A DNA stretch of 63,978 nt, counting the filler, from Globobulimina sp. (Eukaryota): NCBI GenBank assembly GCA_003354225.1. It is 18 parts of 18 records of this genome, joined end to end, with 100 filler letters (N's around TTAATTAATTAA, not from the genome) between each part and the next. Parts side by side here need not be neighbours in the genome. Positions count along the whole stretch, not along the records: positions 1 to 3,464 come from PIVH01002730.1; positions 3,565 to 7,027 come from PIVH01002731.1; positions 7,128 to 10,589 come from PIVH01002732.1; positions 10,690 to 14,151 come from PIVH01002733.1; 14 more parts are not named here. One strand, 5' to 3'. Below are positions 1-11,644 of the stretch, in pieces. Below the pieces are notes generated by a model. It had not been told where the DNA came from, did no database searches, and was given only the letters and a program-made list of their open reading frames with translations. How positions within the stretch are numbered: position 1 is the first letter of the stretch; the number at the start of each line of letters is the position of its first letter. Position numbers and translations under genes: made by a program.

Positions 1-202
1 AGATTTACGATTGCAGCAAATAAAAAAATAAAAATAAAAAAAAATCAAATTCAAGTACCATTGTTACAGCTAAAAAAATCAACATTTACACAAAAACAAA
101 AAGTTAAATTGACATTTAGAATTATTTCAAAAAAAAATGAAAATAAAGATATTGCAATTGATATCATGGAATATTTGAAAATAAACGTAGTTTGTTTAGA
201 GG

Positions 203-655
203 ATGACGATGATGAAAAACAACATATGGCCATTCATGAAGAAGTCATTGCGTTGGCTGATTGTCAAAGTTATATATTATATGTTGTACAATGATATTAA
301 ATATATTATGCATTTTGTTGACAATTTTGATATATATACAGGTAAAGGATCGAATTATGAAGTTTTTATAAATCATAAATTTAATCCCGGGATAACTGTG
401 ATATTTAAAATCCAGGCAATATTTGAGCCAGCAGACGACACAAAATATAAAAGTTTATCTGGTGAATGGTCAAAAGAAAAAATGCTTGAAATTCCTGAAA
501 ATGATAATTTTAAAGAGGTAGTGTTCAATGTTGAGTTGGATAATGCATTAAGAAAATTATGTGTTGCCGAGGATGATGCAGTATTAACAAATTTTGAACA
601 GTTTAAAATTAAATTTTTAAAAGTATTTGGTCGCGAATTGCAGGTTTTGTTATAA
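203..655 (+). CDS. Hypothetical protein
   Basis: 150-aa ORF with protein-like composition and no recognisable motif. Start uncertain. Confidence 0.35.
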   Translation: MTMMKNNIWPFMKKSLRWLIVKVIYYMLYNDIKYIMHFVDNFDIYTGKGSNYEVFINHKFNPGITVIFKIQAIFEPADDTKYKSLSGEWSKEKMLEIPENDNFKEVVFNVELDNALRKLCVAEDDAVLTNFEQFKIKFLKVFGRELQVLL

Positions 656-742
656 TATTTATTACGTTTTCAGGGTCATATGTTTGCCAAAACGTTTCTG
701 CCAAATATATATATATATATGATATTTTAGAATAAAGAGCAT

Positions 743-1123
743 TTGATATTATTTATTGTTGATGGAGATATATTAAATGCAAAACACAATTTAATGAAAT
801 GGAGCAATGCAAAATCAACAATTAGTGGTAAAATTGTGACAATACCAAAGAAATTGGGTGCCGTGGTACATTTCAATGGAGTGAAGAAAAAAATTAATTT
901 AATAAATAAAGCAAAAGAAAATATTTATGAATTTAGAATGGAGTTTGTTAAAACTTATTTAATTGGTCGATATCAAAAACATAAACTTGGAAATTATTTT
1001 GATTTAAAAAGAATAAATGGAAAACATACACAATTAATTGATACAGATCATAAAGAGGATATTCTTAAATATTTAATTGATTATGATGGAGTCATTGAGA
1101 TTATCGAAAAACAGAATCAATAA
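743..1123 (+). CDS. Hypothetical Lys-rich protein
   Basis: 126-aa ORF in tandem with the previous one, no recognisable motif. Confidence 0.3.
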   Translation: MILFIVDGDILNAKHNLMKWSNAKSTISGKIVTIPKKLGAVVHFNGVKKKINLINKAKENIYEFRMEFVKTYLIGRYQKHKLGNYFDLKRINGKHTQLIDTDHKEDILKYLIDYDGVIEIIEKQNQ

Positions 1124-1510
1124 ATTGTTTGTAAGCTGTAAAATATAAATGATATTTCTTTTTAGCCAGAAACGTTTCAAAATCTGTATAGCCAGACACG
1201 TTTCTGATAAAGTTAATAGAGTCAGAAAAAAAACAATTTTGCCAAAAAAACATTATCCGTTTCTGTTGATAATTATCAACGTAAGCAAATCGTTAACTGA
1301 TCCAAACTGTTATTTGTCAACACACTTATTTCATACACACATATTTGTCAGCTGGCACTGTATGAAATTACTAGACACTGTGTGCACCGCTGAAACATAT
1401 GTGTGCCATGAAGTTACCAAATTAAAAAATGCAATAATCCAATTTTTGTCACCAGAATTTGCAACAAAACTTAAATAGCATATAAACAAAATAACAAGAA
1501 AACCCACGAT

Positions 1511-2670
1511 TCAATCAATGATAAGCATGTCATTTGGTTCATCAATTTGTGGTTTATTTGGATTATTATTTAATAGCCAATGTCCAAACCATTCAACAAC
1601 TTCTAATTTAGAACCTATTGTTAGATACATCACAATATATTACATCTGTATTAATAAATAAATATGGAGACTTAACCTGGTTTTTGTTTTGCCAGCTCGC
1701 TTAATCCACGAATTAAAAATTCTTTTAATGATTCATCATTTTCTAATTTTTGTAGCATGTATTCTTCAACAATATTTGCTGATTTTTTTGTTTTTATTTC
1801 ATTTGAAGAGAGTCTGATTTCTGGAAAATAAAATTTAATTTCTCTTTTTGATGATAATACTGAATCAGATCCATGGCATGCATTCTCTGTTTGGTTTGTT
1901 CCATATCGAGCACGTAAAGATTGTGGCGCTTTTTCTTTTGCTGCAAATGTATTAGTTGGCCCTAATAACGTTCTCCAACATGCAATGCCTGCAATGCGTT
2001 CCAATATAAATGCATAGATAGGACCTGATGACATAAATGATGTTAATTCATCAAAAAATGGTTTGCCTTCATGCTCCTTTCAAGCAAATGTTAAAAAAAA
2101 TATATCAATATGTATATTACAATTAACTTTATAAAAATGCTGCGCATGTTCAAGTTCTAAATGTACTCTTTTTTGCGAAAGTATTGTAAATCCATTTTGT
2201 TCAATTTCTTTTCTAATCTCATCAACATATCCTTGTCGAACTGCAGTTGGTTTAATCAATGCCAATGTTTGTTGTGTATCTAATTTCGGAATAAATGATT
2301 CAATTTGCAATTCATCTGAAATTTGAATAAATTTGTAATTATTTTCTTTAAAACGATTATTCCATGAATTTGGTGCATACTTTTCACCCAATTCACTATC
2401 ATTACAACCAATGATTAATTTAATTTTATCATTGCAACCAAATGATTCACATAATATGGCTCTACATTTAATAATATCTGTTTCGTATTTTTCTTCAATG
2501 TTGATATTTCCATTGTTTTTGTTCAATAATTGCAAAATTTTTGCATTATTTTCTGATGATATTTCATTTTCAAATAATATAAAAATTCCTCTCAATTTTA
2601 ATTCTTGAATAATTTCATTTAAATGTTGTTCGGACAATGATGGATCGCAAATAATTAATGTGTGTTCCAA
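1511..2670 (-). CDS. NME5: Axonemal nucleoside diphosphate kinase, NME5-like (degenerate NDK + NDK + Dpy-30 motif); 5' end uncertain
   Basis: Motifs TLALIKP, MSSGP, SLRARYG, NACHGSDS and REIKFYF. C-terminal Dpy-30-like segment LKEFLIRGLSELAKQKPGSKLEVVEWFGHWLLNNNPNKP. A 51-nt GT-AG intron at 2077-2127 and a second at about 1616-1676 join the ORFs in frame. Confidence 0.8.
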
Positions 2671-3146
2671 TGATTTTTCTTATTCAAATAAAAATAAGCA
2701 AACGTCCTCGAATTTGTACACTTTTTTCAACTTAACTTTGCGGAAAAAAGATATTTTTTAATTTGGCGACAAAGAATGTATCACAGGTTTCAAAAATGTC
2801 AGTTTTTGATAATTTATTGCTTTTTTGAATTGCTACAAAATCAATTTCTGTTTCACTTTGTAATAAATAGGATGCAATTGGTCCGCTGTGTAATTACAAA
2901 TTTAATATTTGATTTGCTAATGGGGAACAAACAAATTATTAACTTGAAAAATTGTGATGCATTTTCAATCGGTATTGCTTGTTTTTGCTCTTCAGTCAAA
3001 ACAATTGTCGTTGTATTCAATATTTTAACGCTATATTAATTAAACGAAATAGTGTCAAATTTTGAGCATATTTCATTCTGTTGTATACCTGTCATTATTA
3101 GCAAATACATTTTGAATCGATTCAAATTTATGTGAATTAACACAAG

Positions 3147-3464
3147 ATGTTGATAACAGCACAAACACTGACTTTGATGACATTTAACAATGCGTTTGGA
3201 TATGATTTTAGTGAGACAAAAACTTTAAGCTTAACTCTTGCTGGCATGTCAAGGTACAGCATATTAGTAGCGCTGTCATGTTTTCTTCAATGCATTTGTG
3301 CATATGCAAATCTTTATTCATACACATATAATCGTGTGATATTTGGTAATGAACTCAATACAATCTCTAAATCAATACATGGTGATGAGTTCCATTTTGA
3401 CCAATTTGCACTTAAAGAATCGATATGGAAAAGTAATGCATATCGTAAAAACATTGTTCGTCTT
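3147..3464 (+). CDS. Hypothetical protein, partial
   Basis: ORF runs into the contig end, no motif. Confidence 0.3.
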
Positions 3465-3564
3465 NNNNNNNNNNNNNNNNNNNNNNNNNNNNNNNNNNNN
3501 NNNNNNNNTTAATTAATTAANNNNNNNNNNNNNNNNNNNNNNNNNNNNNNNNNNNNNNNNNNNN
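3465..3564. other. Artificial contig spacer (44 N + TTAATTAATTAA + 44 N), first of 17
   Basis: Identical 100-nt spacers start at 3465, 7028, 10590, 14152, 17713, 21274, 24835, 28395, 31955, 35515, 39075, 42635, 46193, 49751, 53309, 56866 and 60423. Contig lengths fall from 3464 to 3456 nt. The linker puts stops in all six frames. Confidence 0.99.
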
Positions 3565-4452
3565 GGATTTGTTTCTCTCGCATGTCTCAATAATCTGTGT
3601 GCTGATTGCGTTTGCAATGTTGATCCGCATACAATGATGCAATCCGTATTCTTACTCCAATCAATTGATACATCTGTTGTTATTTTATCCAAATTCTCTC
3701 CAAAAAATACAACATTTGGACGCATAGAATCTGCAGCATTGCAATGTTTACATTTTGGTACAACAAATGTATTGTAATCATAGTTTGTATTTTAGTTGAA
3801 TATCACCATCTGGCCTCGTTTCAAATATATTTGTTTCATTCAACATTAATAAATTCCTTTCAGCAAATTCTGCATTGTTTTCCATTAATATGCTTTGAAA
3901 TTCGTTCCTATTTAATATGTTTTTGCACAACAAACATGAAACATATCTCAACGAACCATGCAATTCCAACATATGATAGTATGGGAATGATGATTTTAAA
4001 TGTAATGAGTCAACATTTTGAGTGATTAGTCTCAGTGTATTATTGCCATTTAATTTCCATTTTGAAATGATATGATGCGCAGTGTTTGGTTTCGCAATTT
4101 TTATTTGTGTTTGAAAACCAATGGTTGATCTCGCCCAATATCTGCGTCTGTTATATATAGATTTTATAAAATCTTGATACTTGATTGGTGAGTAAGTATT
4201 GATTCTTTTAGGCGACCGATAATCGGGAATACCACTTTCTGTCGAAATACCCGCTCCAGTAATTATCAGCAAATTGTTACTTTGAGATATAAAGTGTGCA
4301 AATTTCTGCAGTTTGTCGTATTGCATTGATTCTTGCGGAGATGGTGCCAAATTAATCAGATTGTATCTTTTAGATATATGACAGGACTCATATCGATTGC
4401 GGTTTGCTTTAACTTTAAATAAAAAGCAAGCGCATCGCATTACATTAGGCAT
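3565..4452 (-). CDS. SIRT4: NAD-dependent sirtuin, SIRT4/class II; 3' partial, one-base frameshift near 3790
   Basis: Motifs GAGISTESGIPDYRSP, RRRYWARS, LITQNVDSLH, ELHGS, CxxC, RPDGD, then CKHC...RPNVVFFGEN in the +1 frame. Confidence 0.88.
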
Positions 4453-4602
4453 TCTTCAAAAACTTTGCGGTTTGTCAAGGATATTATTGTCATATAATAG
4501 GACTGACATTGTTTGTTAAATAAATATTAGTAAATGTGCTAAAAAAAAGAAAAGAAATGAAATCCCACCCAAAAATAGTCATTGATTGATTGATTGATTG
4601 AT

Positions 4603-7014
4603 TTAAGAGCCGCACATAACACAATCGTCCTTATTGTCCAATGAGCACGACATGGCGACCAAATTCTTTTCTTTTTGTTGCTTTAATAATTTGTCTTGTT
4701 GGTCCTTTTCGAGGGCCTCCTGATCCACAGTGAATTTAATGGCATCCGTCGCCGCTTTGGTGCGCAAATAATACATTCCAGTTTTTAGTCCTTTCTTCCA
4801 TCCATAAAAATGCATCGAAGTCAATTTGCCAAAATTTGGATTTTGAATATGAATGTTAAAACTTTGCGACTGGCAAATAAATTGCCCGCGATCCGCCGCC
4901 ATATTAATCAAATTTTTCTGCGAGATCTCCCACACCGTTTTATAAATCGCGCGCAAATCCGACGGAATCTCATCTAACTGCTGCACGCTGCCATTATTTG
5001 CAATCAATTTGTCTTTCAACAAAGGAGTCCAAACGCCCAATTTGATCAAATCCCGCAATAAATGGTCATTAATGCACACAAACTCGCCCGCCAACGTACG
5101 GCGAACGTACACATTCGAAGTATACGGCTCAAAACACTCATTATTGCCCAATATCTGCGAGGTGGACGCCGTCGGCATCGGAGCAATCAATAAACTGTGC
5201 CGTACGCCATATTTCCCGATATCTGCCCGCAACGCATCCCAATCAAACAACTCCTCATTTAATGGCATCTGACTCTCCTTCTCTTCCTTTCTGAACTCGC
5301 GCCATAAATCGAACTGCAACTTTCCTTCACTGATCGGCGAGCCTTTGTACGTCGAATAGGCGCCGTCCACTTTGGCGATCTCCATCGACGCCGTCAATGC
5401 GCCGAAATAGATGGCTTCAAAGATCTCTTTATTTAATTTGCGGGCCTCTTCGCCATCAAATTCGAACCGTAATAGCATAAAAACGTCGGCCAAGCCTTGT
5501 ACACCGATACCAATGGGCCGATGTCGCATATTACTTACTTTCGCTTCCGGCACCGGATAAAAATTCACATCAATCACCTTATTCAAATTGCGAGTGATCA
5601 CTCCCGTGATTTCCACCAAGCGCTCAAAATCGAAGCTCTTCTCCGCCACATTGACGAATTTCGGCAAAGCGATCGACGCCAAATTGCAAACCGCCACTTC
5701 GTCCACGGAGGTATACTCAATAATTTCCGTGCACAAATTGGAGGATTTGATGGTGCCCAAGTTCTTCTGGTTCGACTTCTGATTACAAGCGTCCTTATAC
5801 ACCATATACGGAGTACCGGTCTCGATTTGTGACTGCAAAATGGCGGTCCATAACTCCCGCGCTTTAATCACTTTTTTATACCGCTTCTCCTCCTCATATT
5901 TCATAAACAACGCTTCAAATTTCTCGCCGTATAACTCATGTAATCCCTTGGCTTCATTCGGGCAAAATAGCGGCCAATTTGCGTCCGTCTCCACCCGCTT
6001 CATAAATAAATCCGGAATCCAGAGCCCGAAGAACAAATCCCGTGCACGGTCCTCTTCCTTGCCGGTGTTTTTGCGCAAGTCTAAGAAGCTGAAAATATCC
6101 GCATGCCACGGCTCCAAATACATAGCAAATGAGCCCTTCCTTTTCCCTCCGCCCTGGTCCACGTAACGCGCGGTGTTGTTGAAGACGCGCAACATCGGCA
6201 CGATGCCGTTGGACGTCCCGTTGGTGCCCTTGATGTACGAACCCATGCCGCGGACACAATGGATGGCCACGCCGATGCCGCCCGCATTTTTGCTGATTTG
6301 CGCACACTGTTTGAGCGTGTCATAGATGCCCTCGATGGAGTCGTCCTTCATCGTCAACAGAAAACAGGAGGAGAGCTGAGGGCGTTGCGTGCCGCCGTTG
6401 AACAGCGTAGGCGAAGCATGGGTGAACCACTTCAAACTCATCAAGTTATAGGTCTCGATGGCCGCGTCCAAGTCCTCGTGATGGATGCCCAACGATACCC
6501 TCATTAACATATGTTGCGGCCTCTCGGCGATCACGCCATTCAATTTCAGTAAGTACGATTTGGTCAACGTTTTGATGCCGAAATAATCGTAGCCGTAATC
6601 CCGGCCATACACGATGGCGCCGTTCAACTTCTCTTTGTTTTGCTGTACGATTTTGTAAACGCGATCGGATATTAAGGGGCCGGCTTCATTGCTGCGCGGA
6701 TTGATATAATTGTAGAGGTCGGAGATGACTTCGCTGAATACTTTTTTCGTGTTTTTTTGCAGATTGGAGACTTCGATGCGGGCCGCTAATAAGCCGTAAT
6801 CCGGATGCACGGTCACCATATGGGCAGAGGTTTGCGCCGCCAACTCATCCAATTCGGAGGTCGACACTCCAGAATATACGCCGACGCAGACTTTCCTGGC
6901 AACTGCGATTGGATCCACGTCGTGCGATAAACCCCAGGCTAATTTTTTAATTCGAGACGTGATTTTATCGAAATGGACGGGTTCTTTACGGCCATCGCGC
7001 TTTAACACATACAT
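4603..7014 (-). CDS. RRM1: Ribonucleoside-diphosphate reductase large subunit (class Ia, eukaryotic), intronless
   Basis: ATP-cone start [19 protein letters not shown]. Motifs [54 protein letters not shown] and C-terminal CxxC (CVMCGS). Confidence 0.98.
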   Translation of the reverse strand: MYVLKRDGRKEPVHFDKITSRIKKLAWGLSHDVDPIAVARKVCVGVYSGVSTSELDELAAQTSAHMVTVHPDYGLLAARIEVSNLQKNTKKVFSEVISDLYNYINPRSNEAGPLISDRVYKIVQQNKEKLNGAIVYGRDYGYDYFGIKTLTKSYLLKLNGVIAERPQHMLMRVSLGIHHEDLDAAIETYNLMSLKWFTHASPTLFNGGTQRPQLSSCFLLTMKDDSIEGIYDTLKQCAQISKNAGGIGVAIHCVRGMGSYIKGTNGTSNGIVPMLRVFNNTARYVDQGGGKRKGSFAMYLEPWHADIFSFLDLRKNTGKEEDRARDLFFGLWIPDLFMKRVETDANWPLFCPNEAKGLHELYGEKFEALFMKYEEEKRYKKVIKARELWTAILQSQIETGTPYMVYKDACNQKSNQKNLGTIKSSNLCTEIIEYTSVDEVAVCNLASIALPKFVNVAEKSFDFERLVEITGVITRNLNKVIDVNFYPVPEAKVSNMRHRPIGIGVQGLADVFMLLRFEFDGEEARKLNKEIFEAIYFGALTASMEIAKVDGAYSTYKGSPISEGKLQFDLWREFRKEEKESQMPLNEELFDWDALRADIGKYGVRHSLLIAPMPTASTSQILGNNECFEPYTSNVYVRRTLAGEFVCINDHLLRDLIKLGVWTPLLKDKLIANNGSVQQLDEIPSDLRAIYKTVWEISQKNLINMAADRGQFICQSQSFNIHIQNPNFGKLTSMHFYGWKKGLKTGMYYLRTKAATDAIKFTVDQEALEKDQQDKLLKQQKEKNLVAMSCSLDNKDDCVMCGS

Positions 7015-7127
7015 TGTTTGTGGTGGANNNNNNNNNNNNNNNNNNNNNNNNNNNNNNNNNNNNNNNNNNNNTTAATTAATTAANNNNNNNNNNNNNNNNN
7101 NNNNNNNNNNNNNNNNNNNNNNNNNNN

Positions 7128-8023
7128 TGGATTATACGCAGGTGGAGCAGATGGAGGCGCTTCGTCATTATGATAACTTATATCTGAATGTGTTGATAAT
7201 GGTATTTGTTGAGGAGGCAATGCATGCGGATACTGCACAACATGTTGTATAGGTTGTGGGTGAGGTGGATGTTCAACCACTAATACTTCCCTACCATTAA
7301 TAATTGCTTTTTGTCCTTGCACAACCATTCGTTGTCCATTTGCACTCTGTATCAATACAGGTGTGGCTGTTGGTTGATGCATATTATGTGCATGACTTAA
7401 AGCAACTAATTCTGACTGGACCACTGGTTGTTGGATATATTGTGCATATAAAGGAGCGTTGTCCACAACTATACATTATATATAATATATACATTTATTG
7501 CATGCATACATATATATATAAACTGTACTTAACTCTGTGGAGCACCTTTTGTGACGCGAATAATTCCTCTGATCATTCTTGTTCTGCCTTTGCGGCCCAT
7601 GGTTATTAGCGGATAAATAATGGTGATGGAGAGTCGCGGATATTGAGCTTGCCACTCTTGTGTTTTTTGGCTTATTCTTTGTATCACGTTATTTCTCCAA
7701 TTTACTGCTGCTTTGTTGACTCCTTTACTCGAACAGCAGTAGCAATAACATTGCAAGCACACTAAGATTGCGCATCCGCCAATTCCTAAGTAACTCCATG
7801 ATCGATACTCTTCAAAATAGTTTAATACAACGATGAATATGGTTCCATAAATGATAGCAAGTGGTAGAAACATCCAACACGGCAATGAAAATATCATACA
7901 ACAACATAAAGACCAATAATATCTGCTGTATAATGAGGCATTGTATTTGTCGCCATTTCGAATTACATTTTCTATGGTTAAATAAATTTCATCTGCGATA
8001 TCTCGATGCATCTCATTTGACAT
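7128..8023 (-). CDS. Membrane protein with Cys-rich TM hairpin and Pro/Gln-rich PY tail; probably extends upstream to about 8258
   Basis: Two hydrophobic Cys-flanked segments. A GT-AG intron at about 7469-7532 joins ...APQ to IVDNAPLY.... Tail ends APPSAPPAYNP at the contig end. Confidence 0.55.
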
Positions 8024-8375
8024 TGGACCTTATACCATACCATATTGTAAACACATACAGACTGTTCCATAGAAAATAAGAAGTGAAACGTTTCTGGTTT
8101 GCCTGGTAGCACTTATTATTTTCGTTGAATGTCATATAATATTTTATACCTCGTTTTGTAGTTACTCTCGGAGTGTCGTTTGGTTTGAACATTTGAAATT
8201 CAAAATCCATGATCAGATTTGGTTGTTGAAAGTCTTGCTTTGAATACCCTGTACCCATGATTTCAGTTTTGGTTATGTTAAAGGCACTGTTTTTTTGATG
8301 AAAACCTGAACTCATAGCATTATGCCACTCATTGATGATTAAGATATAAGGCTATCAGCGAGAGTATTATGGATA

Positions 8376-9577
8376 ATGCTAGCCACTTTGAACTGTGCCA
8401 CATTAATTCTAACAATGATCAATTTGTATTCATTGCATCAAGGATTCAAAAACATGAAAGTCTATGATGTAGAACGTCGTCGTGTAATATGGTTTTATTA
8501 TGAAATAACATTGGTGCCATTGTTAGTGGCAGGGTGTGGTCATTACGGTGCTCAATATCCGAGACAGGCAATATGGATATTTCCGTCATTGCAAATATTT
8601 TTAGCATTCAATTTTGTTTGGTTTTTAGGAATGATGTATCAGTCCGCCGGCGGCTATGAAAATGTTAAATTTCATTTGTACCGTACACCGGACCGTTGTG
8701 GCTTTCCTCGCTTTGAAAAACTAATTTGTTGCCGCTGTTGCTTGAAAAAAAACCAATGGTTTGGAATGAAATCGAGATTATTCTATTTATACTTGATATA
8801 CGTGAAGCCACTGTGGGCCTTCTCATTGTCTGTAATGTCGACACTTAAATATGACTTCTCAGATTACAGTGATTATACGATGAGGTCACTAGTATTGATA
8901 TGTACAATAATTCCATTGAATGCTATCAAATGTTTTGTTGTTGCGATAGAACCAATATCGCGATTAACGAGAATACGACCAAAATTACAATTAATTCGAA
9001 TCATGGTTCCTTTGTTGCAGATACAACAACTAACAATCAGTTAAGATTAATAATATAATATGATATTAATATCCTTGCACTGTCACTCTGTTTGTTTGGT
9101 AATTGCTTAGCGTTCCTGGTCAATAATGAATATATTCCCGATTTGCAGGATGTGTCAAAGGAATATAGAGGCAGTCGATGGGAAGGGACCTTATTATCAT
9201 TTGAAATGTTAATCATTGCAATGGCATCGCATTTTGTTTACAGAGTGGAAGATTTTAAACATTGGGAACATCGACAACAATATCAATGGGACAGGCAGCC
9301 ACCGAGAAGGATTACAAATGATACGGATGACAATGATGTATTGCAGGAGTATCCATTCAGTGACTTATCGTCCGGCATATCTGCGTTATCTATGGGTGCG
9401 CTCTCCAGCGTAGTGGGGGGATATAAGAATAGGGATAATAAATCGGCATTGCTTCCAATGCCGGAAGACCATTCTTTGGAAGATCTTAGGCAAACACTGA
9501 TGGATCAAAACTCCGATAACGATGTAGCAAATGGCTCAACAAATTATAAATCTTTAGAGGAACTAACACGTAATTAA
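8376..9577 (+). CDS. Organic solute transporter OST-alpha/TMEM184-like membrane protein, spliced
   Basis: Multiple TM helices. C-terminal EGTLLSFEMLIIAMASHFVY resembles the family's last helix. Intron at about 9040-9110. Confidence 0.6.
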
Positions 9578-9750
9578 TAAATAAAGACATTTGTACATAG
9601 TGCGTATAGACCACGCTAGCTCCAATATTCAATTGTTATTTAAATTGTGTTTTCTGATCATCAATTATTATTCATTTGAGTCCGTTCAAAATAGGTGTTT
9701 TTTAGTATTAGAGTGTACATTCTGAGTTTTTCATCATAAGCAATTGCAAC

Positions 9751-10589
9751 ATGTCTTTTGATATTCAGTCAGATCAATTGCAGTTAGGAGTGTTACATGA
9801 TGTTGAATTAAAACAATCAGATACAGGTAAAATGTATGGATATTCTGCAAAATTAGAATTAACAAACAACGCATCGGTGACTGAATCAATAAACTCGCAC
9901 ATATTATTAAGTATTATGCAAACGATTAAAGATGCGACGTGTTTAGCCGATTTAAGGCAGATTATCATTGCACTCAATCCATTAAAACAACTGAAACAGT
10001 TATTATTGAATGAAGTGAATAAAATACGCAAAAACTATAAAAAAAAGAAGAGCAAAAATAATAAACTTTCATTATCCAGTTCCAGATTATCGTCCAACAC
10101 AACAACCAGACTCTCCTTAAACGAGTTATATTTTAAAATAACTGCAATGGACGAAATATTTGCAGACGACACCCTATGTTCGATAATATCATATGTGTCA
10201 GGTTCCAATATGTACAATAAAATACCGATAATAAATAAACATTTTAATTTTATAATGAAAAACTATCCATTATTGTTCCAGGATTACACCATGAAATTGC
10301 CATTGTACACAAGCAATGCATTAAATGTTTGTGTTTCTCACAAATTGCAATTAATTCACTTATCCGCCGATACTATGCATATTAAAAAAATTATTAAAAA
10401 CGACAAACATTGCTTACAATTTACAATAAAAAACATTCAAGAAATGCACAAATATTGTCCATTTATGTGGGATCAAATAAAGAAATGGCATTTCATAATA
10501 AAGCAACAGCAGTTACAGCACCAACAATTTCACCAACAATATGATAATAAATGGAAGCTATTAATACATCAAATAATTACACAGTCCTC
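9751..10589 (+). CDS. Hypothetical protein with F-box-like segment, partial
   Basis: MDEIFADDTLCSIISYV...IPIINKHFNFIM resembles a divergent F-box. Confidence 0.4.
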
Positions 10590-10689
10590 NNNNNNNNNNN
10601 NNNNNNNNNNNNNNNNNNNNNNNNNNNNNNNNNTTAATTAATTAANNNNNNNNNNNNNNNNNNNNNNNNNNNNNNNNNNNNNNNNNNNN

Positions 10690-11360
10690 ATATTCACGGA
10701 TATAATTTTAAAAACATTTTGATGGGTTTTATGTTTGCCAATATACCATCAATAAATAGTTTACATTCCATATTCATGACAATGGAAAGATGCTTAGTCT
10801 ATTCCGCATTAAATAAATTCAACAATTTACCATTAATTCCAATGTCATACCACCCAAATTTTAGTGCAAGAACAGAATATTTATTACAAAAGAAAATAAA
10901 ATATCCAAAAGTAATTAAAGTTGGGTCATGTCATAGTGGTTTCGGTAAATGTAGAGCTCGGACAAAAGATGAAATGGATGATATTAAATCAATTTTAATT
11001 TTAAATAAGGATTATTATTCAGAGGAACCACTCATTGCAATTGAATACGAATATAGAATACAAAAAATTGGCGACATAATACGTGTTTTTAAAAGAATAC
11101 CATCTGATAATTGGAAAACACATATTTCATCTTTTGTGGAAATGAAATTAACAAAGCAATACAGTGGATGGATTAATACTGCTTCCTCAATTTTTAAGGG
11201 TTTAGATATTTGTGCTTTGGATGTTGTAAAAGATAAAAACAATAATGATATTATATTAGAATTAAATGATACAGCAATTGGATTAATGGGCTCTTATGAA
11301 GTCGAGGATGAAAGTAATATTCGTGATCTAGTTGTAAATAAAATGAGCGTTGTGTTGTAA
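10690..11360 (+). CDS. Synapsin-like ATP-grasp protein, 5' partial
   Basis: Motifs ANIPSINSL, YPKVIKVGSCHSGFGK, YRIQKIG, NWKT, GLDICALD and IILELNDTAIGL match the synapsin C domain. Confidence 0.85.
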
Positions 11361-11450
11361 CTTACGACATTTTTTCATTCTCTCCTTATTACTAAATACA
11401 ATCATATTAAATTCGACTAGTCTACCACGTGGTGCAACGTGCGAGGATAA

Positions 11451-11583
11451 GGGAATGTTCTAGTATTACGTAATTAGAATTGATACCTAAGACATAGGTG
11501 TCGTTAATTGTAATAAATTGTAATAACTTGTTTTTGCAAAGCTGGTCACTCCTAGGCCTAGGTATATAATACTAGAACATTCC
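11451..11583. mobile_element. Putative Tourist/PIF-Harbinger-like MITE (133 bp)
   Basis: Perfect 17-bp TIR GGAATGTTCTAGTATTA (11452-11468) / TAATACTAGAACATTCC (11567-11583). Flanked by TAA at 11448-11450 and 11584-11586. No coding capacity. Confidence 0.7.
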
Positions 11584-11644
11584 TAATCTAAAAGAAGCTT
11601 TTATCAGTAACTAAGACACACTTTTGATTTACTTTTTGAGTGTC

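Noticed and set aside
5009-6507. Several 60-117 aa ORFs overlapping RNR
   Set aside because: Shadow ORFs caused by the higher GC of the real gene. No motifs.
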